From Macrostomum hystrix (lineage: Eukaryota > Animalia > Platyhelminthes): a stretch of 64,000 bases of DNA. The notes beneath the pieces are model-generated. The model saw only the letters and a list, made by a program, of their open reading frames with translations. It was not told the DNA's origin and ran no database searches. The DNA lies in assembly GCA_950097015.1 (NCBI GenBank), contig CATNEN010000025.1:7564001-7628000 (forward strand), written 5' to 3'. Of the stretch, positions 1 through 29,948 are shown piece by piece (the stretch's first letter is position 1; every line of letters begins with the position of its first letter). A program made the translations under genes and the position numbers.

Positions 1-680
1 AGTCATTTAATTGGCCCCCGTGAAACTCCCCCTATCCTGACTTACACTCGTAACCTGTCTTAGACCTTCTCTTGGTACGTTTTAACTAGAAAACTTTGGG
101 GGAAACCTGATAGAAATTACTTCCAATTTAACACCTGAAGGCTGCTAGCTGTTCAGCTCATCCAACGGAATATCTTTCCCGATAAGTCCGAGCAGTTCTG
201 CTCAGCCCTTTGCGTTGTTCAAACACCCAGATTTAATGACTTTAAAGCTGATTTTTTAGCTAGCTTTGTCATCAAGCTCAAACTCATGAATTCGTTCCCC
301 AGTGACATTGTTTGGCTCACTTCTCCCTCAAATCGATTTCGATTGCTTCCTAACAAATTTCTGAACCTGTCAGTCAATAGTCACTTTCATTCTGTGTACA
401 GTTGTTGGAGCATGTGACGTCACAGTCAGCCGCATCATGCACAAGTGTGTACCTTACGAGTATGAGATTGATTGTATCAGTCCATCTAGCTGCTTCGTGT
501 TTCATGTAATTAAATGACAAATATATACGGGAACGCTTGGCCAAAGTGAAATGGCCATTGTATAGTGAAATCAATAAGCTTTTATTTATTTGTTTAAAAA
601 TACACGAAATATCAATTAGCTTGTCATTTTTACGCATGAAAGGTGTTATATGACACTGATAATAAAAGATGATAAATAAT

Positions 681-1163
681 CTGTTATGAGCGATAAGTAA
701 ACTATTATGAGCGATGAGTAGTCTGTTATGAGCGATGAGTAGTCTGTTATGAGCGATGAGTAGTCTGTTATGAGCGATGAGTAGTCTGTTATGAGCGATG
801 AGTAGTCTGTTATGAGCGATGAGTAGTCTGTTATGAGCGATGAGTAGTCTGTTATGAGCGATGAGTAGTCTGTTATGAGCGACGAGTAGTCTGTTATGAG
901 CGATGAGTAGTCTGTTATGAACGATGAGTAGTCTGTTATGAACGACGAGTAGTCTGTTATGAGCGATGAGTAAACTACTATGAGCGATGAGTAGTCTGTT
1001 ATGATCGATGAGTAGTCTGTTATGAGCGATGAGTAGTCTGTTATGAGCGATGAGTAAACTACTATGAGCGATGAGTAGTCTGTTATGAGCGATGAGTAAA
1101 CTACTATGAGCGATGAGTAAACTACTATGAGCGATGAGTAAACTAGAGTGAGTGATGAGTAAC
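681..1163. repeat. 21-bp minisatellite (GTCTGTTATGAGCGATGAGTA)
   Basis: Direct tandem copies. Confidence 0.95.
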
Positions 1164-2188
1164 TATTTTGAGAGTTTAATTATGATCGCACTATTTTAAG
1201 CGACAATCTATAGTTCCTACCTAAGCTCGTAGGATGATGAATCAGTAGAATACCGTGGAAGCTAGAAATGTAAGATTTGTTCTATTTCAGTGAACTGAAT
1301 AATATTTTATCCCCTAGCGAGATAGTTGATGGCGATTATTCTGACAGACGGACGTGAGCCGAACGAACAAACAGCAGTCTAATTTTCCGGTGTTTTCTCC
1401 GTTCAACTCGCGCGTCGTCTTTTGTCAGGTAAAACAGGACTCAAGAAAATCCATAACAATAATTAAAGCAAATTGCAAGACTCACCTCAGCGTTGTTAAA
1501 CTGTGATATGCTCGAGCGGATTAGAACTAATCCAGTAGGGGCGCGCTCATTAAATCCCATTTTCTGGTGGGGGTGTTGAGGTGGAGCTGGAATGAACCTG
1601 TCTCATGAATGGCCGGTGAGCTTGCTTGACTAGAGATTGTCAGTGTCCATTGATAAGACCCAGAGGGGAAGGACTGCTTTATCGCCGCTTATCGATAGAA
1701 AATCCTACTCCCATTCGATGCCCAAAATGGTTGCTCTCGTTTTGGAAGTTGAGCTTAGAGCTTCAACAAGGGTTTTCCAAGTCGCTCTCGGCCTGCGTGT
1801 GAATCTAACCGCTGTTGAATAATTTCTTGTAGGGCCTGTGCGGTTGGCTGCTACAGAAACTCAACTCGGCAGTCAAGGGAGGCTATTGCGCTTCTCATGG
1901 CCTGTCTAGGATAGAGGTGAATCACACAACGGAACGCCTCCGAGGAAGATAACGACGCAAAGGCAGAGCGGCGGCTCGCGACGGACTCAAAGGGTCGCAT
2001 TGGCACGCCCGTTGAATCGAAATATAGAATTCGTCTTGAAAAAATCACTGCCCCGAAAATTAAGCAATCGATCTGATAAATTTAGAATAGTTTTTTTCAC
2101 TTGTTGAAAACACACCAGCCAGATTCTTCATGAAAAATTCATGATCTCAAAGATTCAAGAAACTCTTACTAGACACTGCCATCTCTGC

Positions 2189-4049
2189 GGACATCTGACA
2201 GCCTCTCCTGACAAATCTTGCAATTTCTGAGGACATCTGACAGCATTTCCTGACAGATCTCAATATCTCGGGACATCTGACAGCCTCACCTGACAAATCT
2301 TGCAATTTCTGGGGACAACTGACAGCATTTCCTGACAGATCTCAATATCTCGGGACATCTGACAGCCTCTCCTGACAAATCTTGCAATTTCTGGGGACAT
2401 CTGACAGCATTTCCTGACAGATCTCAATATCTCGGGACATCTGACAGCCTCACCTGACAAATCTTGCAATTTCTGGGGACATCTGACAGCATTTCCTGAC
2501 AGATCTCAATATCTCGGGACATCTGACAGCCTCTCCTGACAAATCTTGCAATTTCTGGGGACATCTGACAGCATTTCCTGACAGATCTCAATATCTCGGG
2601 ACATCTGACAGCCTCACCTGACAAATCTTGCAATTTCTGGGGACATCTGACAGCATTTCCTGACAGATCTCAATATCTCGGGACATCTGACAGCCTCTCC
2701 TGACAAATCTTGCAATTTCTGGGGACATCTGACAGCATTTCCTGACAGATCTCAATATCTCGGGACATCTGACAGCCTCACCTGACAAATCTTGCAATTT
2801 CTGGGGACATCTGACAGCATTTCCTGACAGATCTCAATATCTCGGGACATCTGACAGCATTTCCTGACAGATCTCAATATCTCGGGACATCTGACAGCAT
2901 TTCCTGACAGATCTCAATATCTCGGGACATCTGACAGCATTTCCTGACAGATCTCAATATCTCGGGACATCTGACAGCCTCTCCTGACAGATCTCGATCT
3001 CTCAGGACATCTGACAGCCTCTCCTGACAGATCTTGAAATCTCTGGGGACATCTGACAGCCTCTCCTGACAGATCTCGATCACTCAGGACATCTGACAGC
3101 CTCTCCTGACAGATCTTGTAATCTCTCAGGACATCTGACAGCCTCACCTGACAGATCTTGCAATTTCTGGGGACATCTGACAGCCTCACCTGACAGATCT
3201 TGCAATTTCTGGGGACATGTGACAGCCTCTCCTGACAGATCTCGATCTCTCAGGACATCTGACAGCCTCTCCTGACAGATCTTGCAATCTCTCAGGACAT
3301 CTGACAGCCTCACCTGACAGATCTCGATCTCTCAGGACATCTGACAGCCTCTCCTGACAGATCTTGCAATCTCTCAGGACATCTGACAGCCTCACCTGAC
3401 AGATCTTACAATTTCTGGGGACATCTGACAGCCTCTCCTGACAGATCTCAATATCTCAGGACATCTGACAGCCTCTCCTGACAGATCTTGCAATCTCTGA
3501 GGACATCTGACAGCCTCTCCTGACAGATCACGATCTCTCAGGACATCTGACAGCCTCTCCTGACAGATCTCAATCTCTCGGGACATCTGAAAGCCTCTCC
3601 TGACAGATCTCGATCTCTCAGGACATCTGACAGCCTCTCCTGACAGATCTAAATCTCTCGGGACATCTGACAGCCTCTCCTGACAGATCTCGGAATCTCT
3701 GGGGACATCTGACAGCCTCTCCTGACAGATCTCAATATCTCGGGACATCTGACAACCTCTCCTGACAGATCTCAATATCTCAGGACATCTGACAGCCTCT
3801 CCTGACAGATCTCAATATCTCGGGACATCTGACAGCCTCTCCTGACAGATCTCAATATCTCGGGACATCTGACAACCTCTCCTGACAGATCTCGATCTCT
3901 CAGGACATCTGACAACCTCTCCTGACAGATCTTGCAATCTCTCAGGACATCTGACAGCCTCTCCTGACAGATCTCAATATCTCAGGACATCTGACAGCCT
4001 CTCCTGACAGATCTCAATATCTCGGGACATCTGACAGCCTCTCGTGACA
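2189..4049. repeat. 40/42-bp minisatellite (GGACATCTGACAGCCTCTCCTGACAGATCTC...) with an 82/164-bp higher-order period in the left part
   Basis: Tandem copies; near-identical ORF translations offset by 164 bp (2260, 2424, 2588). Confidence 0.95.
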
Positions 4050-4573
4050 CTCTGAGCTGTCTCTTTCTCTCTTAAAGCCTTTCAAAATAAATTTACAGTA
4101 ATAATAGCCAAACTAATAACGAGATCAGGAATCAAATCAACTTAGTGATACAGTAGATGAGTTTTTAGTACTGTAAAAAATTACTTATTTCTAACGAGAA
4201 TTACTGTTTTATTTTTCACATTTTTGCAGATGCGGAGAGAAAGCAAACGGTTGCGTCACTGCTCGTGGCAGTCCTTAAAATCAGGCTTGAAAGCAAGCTA
4301 AGACGATAACTCATTGACTAAAATTCAAATTTAGTGCAGTAGAATTAAAAGGTTATAACATAAAAGACGGTGTATAACATAGAACAATACAGAAAAAAAC
4401 TATAAAATTATCAGAATTCGAAAAGGCTGGGCAATGTTCCATCTGGCTTGCATCGCAAGTTCAGTCAGATTTCCAACAGTAATACGCAATGATAGCATAA
4501 ATTAACGTAGTTTATAAGCAAAGCAACTTCATAAAATCTATTTGGTACGCCAGTGGAAGTGGTTGTGACCGTG

Positions 4574-5568
4574 TTACAACATGTTGAGTTTCTGCTTTGT
4601 GAAGATGTGCGATATGTTGCTTGTGCAGGCGTACCGGTAGCTTTTTGTATCCATCAGCATCGGGTAGCTGGCGAATTTCATAATCCCCGGCAGGACTGTC
4701 TCCAACTCAGCCAGGGCTGACAGGATTCGCTCCCAATTAAGCGCTTTGACAACCACAACGCGTCTAGGCAAGGATTTGTACAGCTCGATGTGTTTCAGCA
4801 CTATTCGAACCTGGAGAGAGTTTACAGGGCGGAGTACAAAACTTGTAGCCGGATGAAAAAAATAGGAGCAGCGTGAGAGACGGACTCCTACTTACAGCTA
4901 CCTGGTCTCACCTGATTTCGCCTCATGAGGCCTAATAGACGCTTGTCAATGGACGAGCGATTTTGTGGCGCTAACAACGGCTTCAGTAAGCGGTCTACAT
5001 CAGAGCTGTGCACGAACACATAGAACCAATAGTGCACCGGTAGATTGTCGTCAAGAGGAACTTCCGAATTAATGTCCTTGTCCAGCCGCGTTCTCATTGC
5101 AGAATAGTAGCCCTTGTAACCGAACGGACAGGAATTTAGCGAGATCTTTTTTTCCTCATCATTATCTTTTTGTTTCAGCAGGCTTCGTCGAAAACTTCTG
5201 TTTCTGACAACTGAATTCTCGTTGCCCTGATTGAAATCACCGATATTGTCATCGCTCTGATAGCAACCATCGAAATTTTGATTGCTCAGATCGCAACTAT
5301 CTAAATCCCCATTGCTAAGATTGTTAGCATCAAAATTCTCATCGTTCTGACTGCTAAAATTGTTCTCTAAATTCGCTGTGAAGCCCAGCTGCGTACCGTC
5401 GCCCATTTGCACCTTTGGTCGGCGCCACCACATCTTGGTATGTCGCTTTCTGGCGCGAGTTGCAGCAGTTAAGGAGAGCTGGTGCACATTTGGAACTGTC
5501 AATGTGAAGCTGGGTTCCGATGATCGGAGCTGCTTGACTACCTTTGTTCTCTTACCCTCGCACAGCAT
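4574..5568 (-). CDS. Uncharacterised 2-exon protein with an Asn/Asp pentapeptide-like repeat and a possible divergent KH-like C-terminal domain
   Basis: ORF 5568-4912 ends at a donor (AAT CAG|gtgaga). A 101-nt intron (4911-4811) ends ctctctccag| and joins in phase 0 to exon 4810-4574 (VRIVLKHIELYK...KLNML*). The start could be ATG 5568 or ATG 5433. Confidence 0.65.
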
Positions 5569-8529
5569 TGTCGCAGTTTCAGACGAACGATGGAATCGTA
5601 TTTGAGCTAGCTTATTTGAGTTGTATTAGAAACCAACCTAGCCAAATGTAACGAGTATAACCAAAAAAGGCATGATTTTTGACACCCTTCAACTCGACAA
5701 AGTTCGCCTTTTACCATAAACGTCCAGCAGAAAATTGTTTTGCTATTTTTGTCCTACGTCTTTGGTCACACAGAGTTTAAAAATCTATACCAAATTAACG
5801 GAAGCATATAAGTAAAACAGATAATGTTTAGAATAGATGCTGTTGCAATTCTGTGTATTCTGTGGCTAGGTACTAATTGTCTACGCACCGAGGTCGGTGT
5901 CCTACCAATCAGTTCAATAGTAGCAGCTGTGATGGATGCTGATGATGAGTTGAGGAGTTTATGCAGACGCTCACGAAAATCTTTCAGAGAAAATAAACAA
6001 CGGTCTAGAACACAAATACCGGTATATTTAATTTGGAGAGCAGATGATTCTTCTGCTCAATTTACCTTCACTTTTACTAGACTTATACTCAAATGATTCA
6101 AAACACGGTAACACGAGACTGACACAGATGAATAATTTGCTCAGAATTGATTGACAGATTAGTACGTAGTTAATTAGCGAGGCTCAGAATAGTAAAAAAT
6201 GAGAAACTATAGTTTTACTCGTACTTGACTGGCCTAACCCACGCCCTACTCTGCGGACGAGGCCCTGCTATCTCCGCTTTCGGCGCTGCTCCGACAGATC
6301 ACATCGGTTAGCACTCCTTCTGCCAGACGGCGGAGTCTCCGAAGAGAGCACTTACTGTCTTTGACAACAGGCACCTATCTAGACCACTCTTGAACAGCGG
6401 CGCACTCTCAAGACGCGGAACGCCGAGAGCTACTTAACTGACAAGCAGCTTGTGGTCGGGAATGGGATGGAACAATTTAAGCTGGGCCATCATGTACGCT
6501 TACTGACTTCTTGCAGTAGTACGTATACGCATCGAGCTTCATAACTTGCTCACTTGCGGAATTGAATCGTTAATAAACTCTAATATCTGGTTGGCGAAAT
6601 CAATCTTAATTTTATGCCGGGCAAGCATGTCAATGCCGATTATTTAATGAAGTCAACAAACATTCGGCAACGTAGAACCTATATTCTACTTCTAGTGGTC
6701 CTTGGGCTAGAGACTCGAGTAATATAAAACTGTGCTTTAGCATTGAATTTTATGCATAATAGTGTCAAACTTGTCAAAGAAAATAAACCCTTAAAGCTTC
6801 AATGAGTGAAACCACAGAATATCACAAGTATAATCTTATGGTTAAGAAACATGCAAAACAAAAAATGACGTATAAGCCGCTGCAAAACGTATTAAAACAA
6901 AACAAAATTGCAAACACACTTCTCACTAAAGGATCATAAGAAATTTGTGTAGAATTCTTAAGCTTTTATAAAAATAATACATGATAAGTGATTAAGGGAA
7001 TTTAAAGAGAACTGCAAAACGAACGAAAAAGTACATTTATTGTTTCAAAACACACAAATTTAAATGACTTACGAAGAATTAGACTTTCTATGAATTTGGT
7101 GCCTGGATTTTAAGACTTTTCTACGTGCACACATCGGTATAAAACTATTACATCAGATAATGTACTTATTCCCAATATATACTATTTGACATAAATTATG
7201 CTAGAATTAAAACTGTGTATTCTTTAAAATTATAATGGTTTTCTAAAACGATTTCTAAATGGATTTCTACTTCTAATTATTGTTATAAAAATGATGTTAT
7301 TTTTTACTATAAAATGTGCACTCAATAAAGCTCATTAAAGCCATAAGGCCGAGTTTAATCAGGGCTGCATTAGGAGTAGCCCTATTGAGAAATACACTTA
7401 ACACATAAATACCTCATTAAGTATGCAACTTTTTTTCATCATGAGAGATAAGACCAGTCATTTAAAAGCCGGGTTAAATGTAAACAAATCTGCATTTTTA
7501 CTTTCTGATTTAAGCTCAGGTCGGAAGTAGCAATTAAATCAGATTGTGCACTGAAAGAAACTAAATTAAAAACAGCAGAGCACACTTCAGTAAATATAAT
7601 ATTAATGCAACTTATAAAATATTGTGTGTTTAATTGTGTATTCTGTTATTTATTTATTTTATTAGCACTAATTCAATTTATTTAATTTTATTTAATAATT
7701 TTATTTTTATGTTTTACCACCATTCCACCATTGTTTGGTGTCATTTTGTCATCACTAATTTAAATGTGAAGTCTATCTATTAGACTTTTTGGAAGTTCTA
7801 GATTTAATATTGATTGCTCTATCTAATATTAAATAATTATTAAAAATCCAACAATTCTAGCAAAAAAGCAAATTTTGTAAAATTTATTTTTAAAAAGTCA
7901 TACAATATTTTAAGGAATTGACCTATAACTTTGAAGAAATGTAATATTATTTAATTAAACAAAGATATGTTGTAAAATACCCATTAATATGATTTGTAGA
8001 TCAAATTATTTGATTGTATTTTAGCAGACAATAAAGTGGTAGACAAAAACAGACAGAAGATAAAATAACTGTCAACCTTTTTAAAAGCCATATTTTGCAT
8101 AATAATCTGGCTAAGATGTCATTGAAATCAATTCTTTAAATTCATATTTTAAACTGCTAATAGTTAGGCTGATAACTTCAGTGAGCTAGAGTTTAGTGAG
8201 CAGTGTTTGGCATGGTATTATTATTTTGTGACAGACAATACATAGCTAGCAAGGAGACAATCCTGCAATTCTTATATGTATATATATATAAATACTCTAC
8301 ACAGAACATCTAGTGTATATGTCAGTCTTGACTTGGATTGTTAGGCATAGTAGGCAACAGTTTTAGACTGCTCTGTCAATGACAATCCTCCACATAAATT
8401 TAATATAATAGTGAATATTCATCGAATTTTAGTACCACAAGTGTGCAACACTGACCTATCTGCTTGCCTATACCATATCCAAAAGATGTAATTTCCAATA
8501 ATTTATGCACTAAATACTAAAGTACACAA

Positions 8530-9002
8530 TTGCAACTTGTAAATTTGTAAACAATTTGTAAACAAGGTATCGCATGAGCTGGTTGAAATTTTCGGGTTTT
8601 CACTCTTCCCGGATGGATGTGTTCTGCCCGAGATTAGTAAGTCTGTACCGCGTAAAGGAAGAACAGATGCTGACGAAGTGTTTAGCGGTCTCGTCACCTG
8701 AGTTACAGAAGTGACAGGTGGCGTTGGCAGCATTGACCTGTAGAAATTGGCGCCTGGTGAAGCACCAGTGTCCTGACAGCCAGGTCATGGTGGCCACACG
8801 GATGTCCCTTCGCGAGAGCCGCAGTAGGAGGTTCCGGAGTTGGCGAGATGGCTGACGAAAACAGAGCGAGTGATGCTGAGTTTTAACCCGCGCTTTAATT
8901 CGCGAGTTAATAACGCAGTTAAGAATTGGAACATGGGGCTCGGGTCCCCAGACAGATCCAGAGGCGCCAAGACATCAGCCAGTTCGTTAGTTCGTTGCCC
9001 TG
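8530..9002 (-). mobile_element. Degenerate 3' fragment of a non-LTR retrotransposon (LOA/R1/I-type ORF2: RNase H end plus C-terminal zinc knuckle)
   Basis: Minus-strand peptides GNE-LADVLA (interrupted by an 8-bp duplication agttcgtt at 8981-8996; resembles the RNase H motif GNExAD) and LSGHWCF...CHFCNSGDETAKHFVSIC (TGH + CxxC..ET..H...C). Frameshifted; short TTTACAAA repeats at the 3' end. Confidence 0.7.
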
Positions 9003-9471
9003 GATAGAGTCCGACTTTACTCGTTACTAGTCTAAAACCCTAAGTGTACATCTGACTTAAAAAGAAACGATAAACAATGCACATTTTCTTTCTTCACCCT
9101 CTATGTTCTTCAATAATAGAACCACATCAAGATTGAAATGGACAGACAATCCATTTTCATTTCATTTTCAGCTTTAGTACTTTTATTATATTCGAACTAT
9201 TTCTATTGTGTAGCGTGTACAATGTTTTGAGTACAATAAAAATACACGCACTTAAACGACAGACGAGAGGAGATGAAAAGGTCTTCTGTTCTTTGCTAAG
9301 CTAATAATAGACACTGAGTAAATTATGATATCATGCTTCAGCTTATAAGCCGCAGTGCAATGCTATGCAATAACTATTTTCAGCCTAAAGCAATTACGTC
9401 TTGAAGACATGATTGTCTGATATAGAATAGAATTTAATACTATTGAGCATCAAACAAAGCAAAATACAATT

Positions 9472-26322
<16,851 letters not shown>

Positions 26323-26721
26323 GTTAACAGTGAAATGCTGTGACTAAGAAAGAAGTTCTTATACTTCGACTTGAAAATGGAAGCATTTTATTTTGGTTAT
26401 AATCAGTCCTATAAGCTTTCTAATTAACTAAACAGCTCCCTACACTGTTACAATTAGGTAATAAGCATTGCTAATAATGATTTTAATTTAACTTCTAGTT
26501 CGTGCTATACTGCCTCTCGTTGCGAATTTGTCTATCTTCTGTAAAAATGCTTTTAATCCTGTTCGTCACTGTTCTCGTAGATACGAGCTATCGTGCCGCA
26601 CTTTGTTTTTACTAAATAAGCTGATGAATTGAATCAACAATTCTATTTCTTCATTTCGTTATTTTTTGTTATCATCAAAACTCCTCAACATTTCATTGCC
26701 ATCTTGAATACACCAGCCAAA

Positions 26722-27044
26722 AGGGATCATGGGCTGGAGGCAAATTGACAGCTAAAGAGGATCATGAGGAGTAATTGACAGCCAGAAAGGATCATGAGGG
26801 GTAATTGACAGCCAGAAAGGATCATGAGTGGTAATTGACAGCCAGAATGGATCATGAGGGGTAATTGACAGCCAGAAAGGATCATGAGGGGTAATTGACA
26901 GCCAGAAAGGACCATGAGGGTAATTGACAGCCAGAAAGGATCATGAGGGGTAATTGACAGCCAGAAAGGATCATGAGGGTAATTGACAGCCAGAAAGGAT
27001 CATGAGGGGTAATTGACAGCCAGAAAGGACCATGAGGGGTAATT
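26722..27044. repeat. 29-30-bp minisatellite (AGGATCATGAGGGGTAATTGACAGCCAGAA)
   Basis: Tandem copies downstream of MCT. Confidence 0.93.
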
Positions 27045-27333
27045 CATTTGAAGTTTGTTTGATATTTCAACCATTTGCTTGTACTTTCTATTTGCGCATG
27101 CTAGAAAAATTCATTTCTTTTGTCTGTATTTGTCTGTATTTGTCTGTATTTGTCTGTATTTGTCTGTATTTTTTCAGTTTCTCTTTCACTTTCACCCTTG
27201 TGAACCTTCTGATAGCAATGAAATGTTATTTTGGCATACCGAAAGCTGACGTATTTTTCTGCAGTCATTTTTGTTATTTTAAATACCTTTCTCTCTTGTC
27301 TTTGTTTTCTCAAATTATCAATGGACCTCTTAA

Positions 27334-27939
27334 CAGTAGAACTACCAAGGGGGGTGGAAATTCCCCCCCTGACAATGTTTTTTGCTGCACCCGAACGGAA
27401 CAATGCAAGCACACGAAACTCAAGAACAGGGGCCAACTTTTTGTTGCGTATTTTCTGAAACAAGAATCAAGTCGCCAGCTCTTCAGACCGTCGAGATATT
27501 CAATGTTTCTGGCCGAAGGTCCGATTTTTCCCATAAGAGCTAGTGTATTTCATACACCCCTATACACGAATTTGCACTGCGCCTCAGTGGGGCCTTTCCA
27601 GGCCTTCAAAACTTATCAGCATGTCACCCGAATGTGCCTGCATCATCTCCGTCTTCGGTGGTCACCTACCTTTATCTAGACGGACTGCTGGACCTTCAAG
27701 GGCTACAACAGGTGGAACTAAGCTACTATGGACACCCTGACGCGAATTTCTCAAATTTCAATGCTCAAGCCAAAATATTAGGCGCAGCTCAATCACAGGA
27801 CACCATCGCCTAGCCTGCCAACCAATCAGTCCCCACCCAACGCTGTAAGCTTTCGAGCGCTGCCAAAAAATTTGTCAGGGGGGGAATCCCCTCCCCTTGG
27901 TATGAAAACGGGCGGCAAAATGGCTTGGTGGTCCTACTG
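27334..27939. mobile_element. TTAA-flanked MITE, 606 bp, superfamily uncertain
   Basis: TTAA|CAGTAGAACTACCA ... TGGTGGTCCTACTG|TTAA. A second inverted block: TACCAAGGGGGGTGGAAATTCCCCCCCTGACAA (~27342-27374) vs TTGTCAGGGGGGGAATCCCCTCCCCTTGGTA (~27872-27902). Confidence 0.75.
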
Positions 27940-28689
27940 TTAATATAGCACCTGATTGTATTTTTCCAAATATGATTCGCTCCCTAAGTGCAACTGGGTG
28001 TTATTTCTAGAGATCCATTTGCTGTACTGCCTTTCCGGCTAGCATAATTGTTTATTAATGATCGGTTAGCCAGCAAATAGCAGTCAGCTTAAGCGCTACC
28101 TCCTTAATCTTCTGCAAACGGATTTCTTCTCGAAGACAGTTTTAACTTTTTATAGTCTATAAATTTTTATTTCCTATGCCGCTGTCCTTTTCTGCAACTG
28201 TTAAATTAGACCTGGAGTTAAAAGTACATTTGCTACTTTCTATTTTTTCTTGTCTATAATAACTTTACTCGTCTTTTTATTCAATCGATGAGATCACGTG
28301 GACCACTGTAGTTTTTCTATGTCGGGTCTTTTCTCTGCTTTAGTATTATGTATAATTTGCAGTGCGTTAGATACAGCAGTAGCCTGAACTGCCTGGCCTA
28401 TTTATGTTTTTGTCCTTTTGTGTGTGTCTATATCAGTTGCTATCTGATTTAAACGTTTCACTTTAACGCAATTCAACAGACACATTTTTCTTCCTTTGTG
28501 TTTGTTGGTCAATTTTAACATTTCGAACATTATTTTGCTGGTTTTCTATCACATTTCTTATCACATTTTTACATCTTGATCATTCTTCGATTGCTTTCCT
28601 ATTTTAGTTGTATAATGACTAATTATATTTAGGAATTCCGAATCTGTTTTTCGATTCCTCTCTCTGCCTTGGGGTTTCGCTGCAAATTC

Positions 28690-29200
28690 CGGATTTACCT
28701 ATCCGCTTAAGTTTTCCCTATCCGTTCTGGAATTTCCTTACCTTTATTGGGGTTTCCTTATCCGTTTGGGATTTACTTGCACGTATTGGGATTTCCTTAT
28801 CAGTTTCATGATTCCCTTATCCATTTCGGGATTTCCCTATCCATTTTGGGGTTTTCCTATCCGTTTTTAGGATTTCCTTACCTGCATTAGGATTTCCTTA
28901 CCTGCATTAGGATTTCCTTACCTGCATTAGGATTTCCTTACCTGCATTAGGATCTCCTGAATTGTTTGGGATTCCCTTATCCGTTTAGGGATTTCCCTAT
29001 ACGTTTTGGGTTTTCCTTAACGTATTTGTATTTCCTTACCCATATTGGGACTTCCTTACCTGCATTAGGATTTCCTTAACATTTTGGGATTCCCTTATCT
29101 GTTTAGTGATTTCCCTACCTGTTTAGGGATTTTCTCTATCCGTTTTGGGTTTTCCATAACGCATTTGTATTTCCTTACCCTCGTATCAGTGTTGGAATTT
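28690..29200. repeat. Degenerate ~21-bp minisatellite (GGATTTCCTTACCTGCATTAG-like)
   Basis: Diverged tandem copies. Confidence 0.75.
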
Positions 29201-29948
29201 CCCTATCCCTATCAGCTTTAGTTCCCCCACTTGCTGTTGAAGTCATTCTCTCTAATCAGGGATTTGTCATATTTTTCTTATAAAAGTCATTTTTAGAATC
29301 GCATGTCATCGAACTTCATCGGCACTTTTGATTTTAAAGTCTGTTTTTGTAATTTTTACGCTATAAAGAATCTGCTGAAGTTTATTTTGTCATTTTAATG
29401 CGTCGTCGTTATCTCAATTCTGTCTCATTCTGATATCTCAATCACTGCACTACTTAAGTAGTGTATAGTTTGTTTCTGCCTAGTTCTGTAAAGTTCTTTC
29501 TTATCATTGTCAACTAAGACGGGCATTTGTTTTAGTTTTTTGAGCAGGAGCGAAGTGTTTTAAAGTTCACGCTCTTTCAGCTTTTATTGTCAAGGTGTCT
29601 TGTGAAACTAAAACGTGCGAGGCTACACTATTTGTACACATTTTTTGCAATTAGACTAAGGGGTTTCAACCATGGCTTGATTGTGTGGGTCAGAAGTTTT
29701 CATTATGAAATATTATTAATAAGTAAACTCATCATTTCGAAATAAAAATTCTCATAAGCGTTATAGAATATCAGCACAGTTTTAATATTCTTTTTTAGTT
29801 CAGAGATGCGTCACACGTTGTTTGATGTGCTGCCAACTTTGCACAACTGATAAAACTTGTTGAATTTGATTCTTTCCTAGAAACATGCATGCTTTTAAGC
29901 TTTGGGATTCACATTTAAGGTTGAGTTTAGCAAATTCACATCTCTAAA

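Noticed and set aside
1637-2070. Short ORFs with RRILYFDS (Ulp1-like) and ATWKTLVEAL (death-domain-like) words
   Set aside because: The motifs are isolated, all frames close quickly, and no consistent splice chain could be built.
4231-4311. Possible + strand terminal exon (tttttgcag|AT GCG GAG ... CGA TAA)
   Set aside because: No upstream partner exon could be identified and the peptide is uninformative.
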